From: Azolla caroliniana
Lineage: Eukaryota > Plantae > Polypodiophyta
NCBI GenBank assembly: GCA_043228905.1
Contig: JBHGNT010000002.1
Coordinates: forward strand, 1,488,001 to 1,552,000
Direction of reading: 5' to 3'
DNA length: 64,000 nt
Each line of letters opens with the position of its first letter. The first letter of the stretch is position 1. Below are positions 54,335 through 64,000 of the stretch, piece after piece. The translations under genes were made by a program, and so were the position numbers. The notes under the pieces were generated by a model that did no database searches, was not told the DNA's origin, and worked only from the letters and a program-made list of their open reading frames with translations.

Positions 54335-54755
54335 GACTCTCTCTCTCTCTCTCTTCCCCTGTTCCTCCACCAGGTCTCTCTCTCTAGGGGGGCCTGCCAT
54401 TCTCTCTCCTCCCCTGCTCCTCCACCCGGTCTCTCTCTCTCTAAGAGGCTTCCCATTCTCTCTCCTCCCCTGCTCCTCCACCCGGTCTCTCTCTCTCTCT
54501 AAGGGGCTTCCCATTCTCTCTCTTCCCCTGTTCCTCCAGTCGGTCTCCCTCTCTCTCTAGGGGGGCTTCCCATTCTCTCTCCTCCCCTGTTCCTCCACCC
54601 GGTCTCTCTCTCTCTCTCTACGGGCCCCTCCCATTCTCTCTCCTTCCCTGTTCCTCCACCTGGTCTCTCTCTCTAGCGGGGCTTCATATTCTCTCTCCTC
54701 CCCTGTTCCTCCACCCGGTCTCTCTCTCTCTACGGGCCCCTCCCATTCTCTCTCT
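54335..54755. repeat. ~58-bp pyrimidine-rich tandem repeat, ~7 units
   Basis: Unit TCTCTCCTCCCCTGTTCCTCCACCCGGTCTCTCTCTCTCTA-GGGGCTTCCCAT, upstream of the DUF547 gene. Confidence 0.9.
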
Positions 54756-54971
54756 GGCTTTGGTCCTGTGTGTGTGTGTCTCTCTCTCTCTCTCCTGCTG
54801 GTTCCCTGTCCCTGTCCCTCTCCTCCCCTGCACACTTCATCTCTCTAAAAGAGATTCCCGCACTCTTCCTCTCTCTCTAGATTCTCTCTCTTCCCCTGCT
54901 TACCCCCCTTCTCTCTCTCTTTGCCATGTCTTGCCGTTGTAAGGTAGGACCCCTTCCCCCTTCCCAACATA

Positions 54972-55004
<33 letters not shown>

Positions 55005-55329
55005 CACATTCATTCGCGAATCTCTCCTTTCTGTTGTTCTTTCTCTCTCAACTTGCATTTCCTGCGCTTCATCATCGTCTTCTTCTTCTTCTTCTTCTTC
55101 TTCTTCTGCTGCTGCTGCTGCTGTTGTGCTCACATGTTCTCCTTCCTATTTCAAGCACCATTCTTTCCGCCTTCATTTAAGTAAGTTCCTCTCTTTCTCT
55201 TTGTCCATCTGTTCCTATGCACGTTTTCATGAACAATTTCTAATGAGCAGCCATAGCTTCTGCATTATCTTTGGAGCGTCTCATCCCTTCTATTATTTTA
55301 CCATACATTCTGTACGTGCAACAAGCTCA

Positions 55330-55795
55330 GTATAATTCAAACCTTCGGAGGCGTACTTGCTACATTGATCAAGTACAATTCCAACAATTTTTATATTTCA
55401 TCATGTATGATGTCAACTTCTACGTTGATTACAGATTTTTCCAACCTCAGAAGGGGTCCTTTCTATTACATTGATTAACTATAACTTCAACCATTGAAGG
55501 GCATTTACTTCCTACATTGATGAACCATAAATTCAACCCTTCATGGACACTTTCCCACTACATTGATGAAGTATAAAAATCAACCTTTGCAGATTACTTA
55601 TAACAGCATTGTTCCATTGATTAAGTATATGTTTTGGTTATTGATGGGTACTTATAACAGCATTGATTAACTATAGATTCAACCATTTATGATTGCTTAT
55701 TGCATTGAGTAACCATACGTTCAACCTTTCATGGGCACGACATTTTATTAACTATAATTCAGCCTTTAGAGGGTATTCACTCACTACATTGACTT
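55330..55795. repeat. Degenerate ~48-bp minisatellite in 5' UTR intron
   Basis: Recurring TACATTGAT-AA-TATAA-TTCAACC-TT, roughly 9 copies. Confidence 0.7.
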
Positions 55796-55857
55796 TGATA
55801 TGCTTTGTGTTTTTTTTTTGGTTTTCAAGGGGAATCAAAATACTGTAGCTTTTGATC

Positions 55858-58800
55858 ATGAAGGAAACATCATGTGTTAATGAAACTCGGCATTCGAGGA
55901 CGAAAAGGTTGGTTTCTTCTACTTTGGCTCAATCTTTAAGTAAATGCTAGAACATGCATATGAGATCCGCTCACTCAAGCTTTTATGTTGAAACCAGTGC
56001 TCCAGATGATGAAATCTCGTGGGATGTTTCTTTGGAAGATCTCAATGAGGTAGTAGTTTCCTTTGACCATATTCATGTGAATGGTTATTCCTCTAAATTG
56101 AACACAACTCACACCTCTGATGATACAGGATTCACATAGCTCAAGGATTGAAAAGGAGAGGCGAAAGGTTGTGATCAATAAGAAGGATCATCTTATGTCT
56201 CTCAAGAATGATGTAAGTGACTGCTGGGATCTCTAGCTGACATACCATCATATGGAATTGAGCCTAATCACTTAGGAAAGAAGCTCAGTTGCTCACAAAA
56301 ATTAGATAACTTGACCAACCAACCAACAGAAAGAAGATAATCAAGTATTAAATTTTAATAAGTGATTTATCCAAATTTAGTTTTATAACCACTTTATGCA
56401 AGGATTGTTTCTGCGTATTCTTGAAACTGATGTAGGTTCGCATTTGAATAGGTTGACTGCTTGCAATCAAAGTTGAAAGGGCATCGAGCTGCGAGAGGTA
56501 TATTAGAGCAAGCACTTGCAAGGCCCTCCTCTGTATTAATACCTCCAGATTGTAGCTATATATCACAGGTATTCAGCTTCCTCCTTTAATACTTACAATT
56601 TTTCATTTTAACACATTTTTTCCAGGCAATAATTATATGCCTTATGTAAACATTTTCTTAGTTATTGCTATACAATCATGAACAAACCTCAACGATGTAT
56701 ATATTTGTCATATTCTATATCGAACTATCTTTATGTTTGTCACTATAAATTAGCGCATGAATTGAAAGACCTCAAATATATATATATATATATATATGTC
56801 AGATTATACATGGGACCCTAAATGAAACCCTACATAAGGAAGCATATTAGACACAAGGTCTGGGTCTTGTTTATATATACAATATTGTCAAAGTAATTGA
56901 TGCATAGACTTTGGATTTTAATCCATAATTTTCATCGCAAGAACTGTTTGTATTCTATTTTTTTACTATTTTTGCATTTGACATCAGAATACAAGGAGCT
57001 TAATCAAGGACATAGCTCTACTGGAGTTAGAAGTGTTGCATCTTGAACACCACCTGCTGGCATTGTATCGCAAAGCCTTTGAGGTCAAGGTCAAGGATCA
57101 AAGTTGTGTGTCAAAGGTCCTTAACAAGGAGGATGTCTTACAATCACAGTATGGTCAAGCATATCTTCAAGAAAACCCTGTCTCTATGAAGAAGTATACA
57201 CCTCGTAAAAAATCATCATCATCAAAGAGTGGATCACTAGTTACCAGGACATTGGATAAATCTATAGGTAACCGATCATTCAACGAACCGAAGCTTGACA
57301 GAGTTGAGGGTGTAATAAATGCAACAGATAAGCCAAAGTTGAGCTTTTCATATTCTCAACCAATTCAAGTTTCTACTAGAATGGTATAGACTACTTTATG
57401 CTTCCTTTTCTCTCCTTTTGTTTGATTTTGTGTTAGATATGACTCATGGATAATTCTTGGCAATCTCTTTATGACAATCTCTTACAATATGTTCTGTTTC
57501 TCTAATTAGAAAATTAAATTTAGTTGAATGCTAACCGCGTACTTAAGGAAAATTAGTTGTTTGATATCATAGCTTCATTAGTAATATCCATATCAAAATG
57601 ATAATTACTAGTTATGCAACAACCTAAGTGAAATCTATGTGTCTAAAACTATAGCTGTTCATATCCTTACCATTTTCATTAATATTCACATATGCTTAAA
57701 TGTAACCCCAAAGTGGAGTGTATTGAATTTGGTCGATGAGTTTTTGGTCTTATATTACTTGGGACATAATATGACTTTCTTGTCCTTCTTTATTTGTTTT
57801 TCTCTTACAAGAAAAAAAAAGATTTCCTTTTATTTTCAGTTTCTATCCTCTATTTGTATTATCTTACATGATGATGTATATAGCAACATGAATAACAGTT
57901 TTGAGTGTTTTCTTATGGACAGGAAGCGAAAGACACGATTTCTCCTCTAACTTCTGAATTATGGCATGAGATGATCTCTGCACAAGCTGTAAGTGAACAT
58001 GCCAATTGACAAAACCTTCCATTTTTTTTGTTTTTGGGAGACATCCAAAATACCCTTAAACTTTTGGATATTTTTCAAGAATACATATAGGCTTTGGGAC
58101 ATTGCCAGAATACCCCTGTAGTTGCACACTACAGGGTGTACATCTCTATAGAAGTTTCCAAAACCTATACTTAATCTTTGGAAACTTAATAGGTACTACG
58201 TTGAATACTCAATAAGTTCTGGGTGTAGTTGGTGTTTGTCCCCTTGTTTTTTAGTTTTTTGTTCTTCCTTGGATGCGTTCCTATGAAGATATCATGTTAA
58301 TTCAACAAATCACATTTTGTAGAATACATCCTCTAATCTAAACGAAGAATGTTTCGTGGAGCAAATCTTCGAGAGCTCAAATAAGCTCTCGGAGGAGCTG
58401 GTGCGGTGCATGGCGGCCATATACTGTAATCTTGCAGATCCACCGATTCCACTCCTTGGTAGTTTAACATCTCCAACATCTTCTTCTTCATCGTCTTCGG
58501 TAAGTACAGTCTCATTGAAAGAATTCTCGAGTGAAGGATGGAGTCCACACTGGCGAATGCAATCCCCCTTCACACCGTCCCCGACGAATGTGAGTCAGAG
58601 GAGAACTGCCGGGAGTTCAAGCCCACATAGCTCAATGATTGCGGTTAATTGGATCAATGTTGATAATGATAAGCTACATTATGCTGAGAAAATGCTCCAG
58701 AATTTCAAGTGAGTGTTTGGTTTTTTATTTCTTAATTCTCTCTGTATGCAGATCCCAGCAAGTCATTTTTTTGCACTTATCCTCTTTAATATCAGAGTCA

Positions 58801-60413
58801 TTTGGTTAACAACCATTATTCCACCTTGAGATAGCCTATATTGGCGTTTTGCTAATTCATTGAAACAATGCTAACAAGATCAAGAATAATATTATTTAAA
58901 TTTCATTGTCCAGATACATGATTAGAGAACTGGAGAGAGTAGATCCTAGCACGATGAAACATGAAGAAAAACTAGCCTTTTGGCTCAATATTTATAATGC
59001 CCTCATGATGCATGTAAGTTATAGGTTGGATGCTTGTTTATTTTTCGTGTTCTTTCTATATATGGTTAGCATTAAAAAGATTGAAAATGTATTGGGCAGG
59101 CCTATTTAGCATATGGAATTCCAAGAAATCATATTAAACGTGTATCCCTATTACAGAAGGTAAATATAGAGATGCGTCTAATGTATAGTGTTTTCGTTTT
59201 TCGTGATTAAAACCTGTGTATATATCACATACCTTAGGTATATCATTTTATTTGTGAGAACTTCCACATTTTTTCCATACATGGCAGGCATCATATAAAA
59301 TTGGAGCATACTCAATAAATGCTCACACAATTGAGCAATACTTGTTGGGTTGCAAATCCCATCGTCCGGCACAGGTGAACATTATGAAATACACGTCTGT
59401 GTATTTATTTGCAAAATTTAAGTGTTTTTACTATATAACTAATGTAAGGTGAAAACCAACAAAAAAAAAGATTCATTCATTTATGTGTTGTAAGATTAGA
59501 AATCTTTTAAGAAGAGGAGCATATACTTATGATCTTAGATATGAGTGAGTTAAAGCTCGAATGTCTGGTCATATATCAGGAATAGGTTGAAAAAGGTTGG
59601 AATATTAGACTGATCAGATCATAATTATTTGTAGGTGTTGTGATGATGCATCTATTGTCTGATTTTAAATCACAGGAAACATTGTTAATTTGATGGATGC
59701 ATTTCTTGCCCAACTTCATGATGATGCAATTTGTTTACTTGTTGAATGCATTTATCAATTCATTTGTCTCTTCTATCTACAGTGGATACAATCACTTCTC
59801 TCACCTGTATCCAAGCTAAAAGGAACATACCGCCAAGCCTATGGCTTGGAAAGGTCAGAACCACTAGTATGCTTTGCAATTTGTTGTGGAGGACGATCTG
59901 ATCCCCCGGTAATAAGATCAAACTCTAATGACTTCTTTCACTGTGTGGCCACATCCATGGTTATTTATTTTGTTGATTGCCGTTATCTTATTTTGCTTTT
60001 TTTTCTCTCACTAACGTATATGCATATATATATATATATACTTCATATGGGTGCATTATTATCCATCATAAACACAGGTTAGGGTGTATACAGCAAAGAA
60101 TGTACATCATGAGCTCGATGCTGCGAAAAGAGATTTTTTGCAAGTAAATGTGATTACAAAAGATAACAAAATCCTTGTACCAAAGCTACTTGAATCATTT
60201 GGCCGAGAATCATCAATGGGCACGCTTGGTCTCATTGAGTGGATATCTCACAATGTGTCTGAAAGCAAAGGGAAAGATTTGAAGGTCTTCCTGATGAAGC
60301 CAAAGCCTTATAGATGCATCGAATGGATTCCTTATGACTTGAACTTTAGGTACCTTTTTGTGAAAGATCTTGTTAGATGGTTCCCTTCAAACCCTCTTCC
60401 AAGTTCATACTAG
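55858..60413 (+). CDS. MIP1 leucine-zipper plus DUF547 domain protein; exons 55858-55907, 55998-56049, 56129-56212, 56452-56568, 56988-57383, 57923-57988, 58323-58708, 58914-59013, 59100-59159, 59288-59374, 59783-59908, 60078-60413
   Basis: RHSRTKSAPD, LIKDIALLELEVLHLEHHLLALYRKAF, NKLSEELVRCMAAIYCNL, EEKLAFWLNIYNALMMHAYLAYGIP, EPLVCFAICCGGRSDPPVRVYTAKNV, IEWIPYDLNFRYL. All GT-AG and in phase. Confidence 0.92.
58036..58243. mobile_element. Putative Mutator-like MITE in a DUF547 intron
   Basis: GGG...CCC ends with degenerate long inverted repeats (GGGAGACATCCAAAATACCCTTAAACTT vs reverse complement GGGGACAAACACCAACTACACCCAGAACTT), flanked by TTGTTTTT on both sides. A similar end motif occurs near 49359-49410. 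Confidence 0.5.
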
Positions 60414-63234
60414 AGGAATAGGGATTCAGAGTGTTCATGTGGTGCAAAATGGTGCAAAATCATTGGCTTGGAGGAGACCATGCACAAAAACCTGTGCCAA
60501 TGTCACAGACATTCGAAGGATATGGGTATGCATGCTGATATGGCACAAAATCATTGGCTATGTAAAATGCATACCGTGATGCAGCAAAAAAATTTGAGGA
60601 TCGATGGAAACTTCCTCGAAATGTCCCACAATCAGTGGACATAGACAGTTGATGCTGACGTGGCAACAAATCCATGATGATGTGACATGAATCATGGACT
60701 ACAGAATATCCACACTAAAGTAGGCCAATGTTGGGCGCCATTATTGGTAGGTCGAAAACTCCTGCCAATGTGGTACCCCAAGCTAATGAGGCATGAAATC
60801 ATTAAGTACATGCTCATGTGGTACAATCATGTTTTTAAACACAGTAAATCCATGCTGTTGTGACCTAAAATCATTTGGCAATGGGGAAATGTTGGGCACA
60901 GACATCTTCTTTGTTCGGGTGGACAACTTTATATCTAATTGGGAGCAAGCAAGGACAGAGGACCCGGTAGGATTTAAATTCGAGAATGGAAATCAAGTTC
61001 AAGAATATTTTTCAACCATCCGTGTAATATTATTATCATATCACCTTCTTTACTCAGGGTGGGTTGTGCGAACATCACCCCTTAATTTACTCCCTTCATT
61101 TACATTTTTTTTATCATACCATAGGATTTGTTGTACAAGTTTGTCCATTATTTGTAACTGTATCAACATACATACTGTTGTACAAGTTTGTCCATTATAT
61201 ACTTGTATAAACTGTTGGAATGATTGAAATAGTACATAAAGATTATGTAGGCAGGGTTTTAATTTTGGGGTGCTCCTGAGTTCATTCCTTTCACTTAAAG
61301 ACAGTTGCTGGTAATGTAACATATATATTACCTTCCTTCTTGCAACGTATCAACTTGTGTAGGCAATTACACCTCTGTTGATCTAATAGGGGTGCTCAAA
61401 TGAGTCTTCTCTCTAAATGATAAGGAATGAAAGTGTGACCAAATCCCTTCTTTTGATAATTTTATTGACAAGAAACTCTCTTTTGATGCTGACATTTCTT
61501 TCGGTAGACTTGTATTTTGCACTTTCAATTCTGCCGATCCTTTGAACCATTCGAATCCTTGTAAGTGTTTTGCGAGTTTTACCAGAAGATGGATATATGG
61601 TCTTATACATTAAATCAACAAAAACAAAATCAATGAACATTTACAGGTGAGTTGTCCCAGAAGATGGATATATGGTCTTATACACAAATCAGTAAACCAT
61701 GATCATTTACATGTGTTTTTCTTGAATATGGCTCAATGAAAATAAACATGAATTTGGAATACCATGCATTGAATAGTCATTCTACATCTTATCCTAAACA
61801 GCAAAGATGCAAATGACAACATATCATGCTATTTGCAAGTGAAGTCTTGGACAAACTTGTGTCGAAGAATGGATCATGTTATCATCTGTGGGAATTTAAA
61901 TATAATATAATTCATCTAATTCTAAAACAATGTTGATGCCCTGCATCATGTGACCAAACATAGGGTGTATGGTTTTTGTACACTGGTGTTAACTGAGCTT
62001 TTGGAGGTTGGTTAGCCATTGTTTTGAAAAGATTGATTCCCTTTTAATGCATCCATGCCCTGTTCTGTAAATACAGAGCTAAAAACATACATAGCATACA
62101 GTCATCTTGGAAGCCCAGCGACAGTTAATTGACAACCCAGATGTCTTCTCAAATCCACATGATTTGTATGAGATGGCTCATCACCACAAATTGCCATTTG
62201 TATTGGAGAAGCAGCAGAAGACCAATGATGTGGCATGGGCATCCATGCTGATGTAGCACAAAATCATAAGCTGGAAGGTCCAACGTCATAGGTATCCAAG
62301 GATCCATGTCCATGCAGTTGCATAATCATTGGTTATTGGGCATGAGATATTCGGCTACCAAACATCCATGCAAATGCAAATGTGGCCTGATCAGCTAAAA
62401 CAATTTTGAATAATTGGAAATCCATTATGTTTTTGTGAAACATCATTTGGTGATGAAAACCCAGCAAGCAAGCAGTTTGGAGAGCACAATATATCTAGGT
62501 TTGCACATAAATTCTTTCAGACGTTGCTGTATGGGAAACATCAATAGCAATATCATTCCATTAGGTTGCTCATGAAATATAGAATGGCATTCCTACTCAT
62601 GAGATATACAGCTTTTGTTTTTTTGTTAGCAAATTAAATATATTGATATTCGAATAAAGAAATGTACATTTGCTCACGGATGGTGCACCTCAAAACACCA
62701 GCTAGTGAGCACATTATACTTATATTGGAAAAAACTTCTTAAAAAATAAGTGCAATAAATCAAGGTGTTATGATTTTGTATGGCTTTTTTCATGGTGCAG
62801 AATGAGATTTTATAATTAATATGTTTGTTTGCCATGTTCCGGGATATTCCTAGAAAACAAATGCATAGTCATTTCTTGAGTCACCCAAGGTATGATTTTG
62901 TACTTGGTTGTATGACAGTTTTTTGTATAAAAACTCAAACTTGACAGTTACATATATCTCCAACTTCATTCTAGAATAGCATTTGAGAAACCACAGCCAA
63001 ACCTCAAATAAAACTACAAACCAACAAATCTTAATATTGTGATTAATGTATTAATTTAGAGAAACATTATTTGTACATCAGACAAAAGAAGACTGAACGA
63101 AATAAAAATAGGCATCAAACTCATATTACAAATTCAAGGAAAACACTAGCATCCCCTTCAATCATCTACAAGAAGCTCTGAGTTCTATGCACACTCAAAA
63201 CATAAGTTTATTTTCATTTTCCTCTTTGATACGT

Positions 63235-64000
63235 CTACGTGAATAGCTTGATCAACTCCCAGAGAGGACACACAAAGAGCAAGATGATACCAATAGTGTT
63301 TGAGACACCACGGCGTTCACCAAATGCATTGCGGAAACCACCCGCAACCCTGATATGTTCTTGTAGAAGATATATTCCGATGACAAGGCTTATAATATAT
63401 CCAATTATAGTACCCCTTAGGGTACTAACCAACAGGCTCGGTGCAGACACAATGAGTAGTATCAATGCCCCAGGAATTTCCAACCAATCTGTAAATACAC
63501 CAAAATGGTAACTATGCATTCTTGTAGCACACCAGAAACCTTAAAAGGGATGAAGAAGGGAACCACACTTTATTAACTTCTTTCCTTTCTTTCATACTTT
63601 TTGTAAATTTCCCCATACATGCAGGAACAAAACCACCCAAGAGCTACTATATCCGCATTCCATGAGTTGGTATTGAACGAAACAAATCAACAATATTGGA
63701 GAGAATCAAACATAAACACTAAATTATATTACCTAAATTATATTGCATAAATTTTCAATGATGCCAAGGACCAAAAATTGAGTCATCTCATACCAGGGAA
63801 ATATTTTGGGAAGAAGAGACGCAGCACGACCGCAACAAAAGCTATCCATTGTCCGACCTCGCCCCTGAGGAGGAACCAACAAATTCCAAATTAACACAAA
63901 TCTCACAAACAGATGTCTTAAACTCCATATACCCCTCTGTACCTAAATAAAGTGAAAAGGACTGAAGGCAAGTTGAGGAAAATATATGGCACCAGTAGAC
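63235..64000 (-). CDS. COR413: Cold-regulated 413 (WCOR413 family) membrane protein, 3' exons >64000-63943, 63864-63794, 63488-63235
   Basis: LLVPYIFLNLPSVLFTLFRGEVGQWIAFVAVVLRLFFPKYFPDWLEIPGALILLIV...LLQEHIRVAGGFRNAF...GVSNTIGIILL. Splice phases fit; the 5' end lies outside the window. Confidence 0.93.

Noticed and set aside
54127-55180. ORFs with ERER, LSLS and poly-E/L tracts
   Set aside because: Translations of the CT-rich repeats; no coding signal.
55954-56139. ORF MHMRSAHS... as the DUF547 start
   Set aside because: A spliced start at 55858 restores the RHxRxKSxPD motif with in-phase junctions; this ORF runs through introns.

Overview
Eukaryotic land-plant nuclear DNA with spliceosomal introns. 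The retroelement types and PLS-class PPR relics suggest a fern or other seed-free plant, but that is inference. Bases 1-10.5 kb are the right half of a GC-rich nest of retroelements with five levels: Gypsy C (-) in Copia A (+), in Gypsy B (+), in Copia D (-), in the 3' end of a LINE (+). LTR edges, PBS and PPT sites are readable at base level. The AT-rich remainder holds five host genes: a RIN4/NOI-domain gene with an unusual 19-aa repeat array (-), a CID-domain RPRD/Rtt103-like gene with a probable U12 intron (+), a long coiled-coil gene (+), a MIP1 leucine-zipper/DUF547 gene (+) and the 3' part of a COR413 gene (-). It also contains a PPR pseudogene, LINE fragments, a MULE-like MITE and several minisatellites. 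The most notable observations are the repeat-bearing NOI protein, a G-GAU-UUU-stop candidate -1 frameshift between protease and RT, an 18-nt tRNA-Trp primer-binding site, and a stem-loop enclosing the Copia PPT/LTR junction. All gene models and family calls were made by eye, with no database search or RNA evidence.
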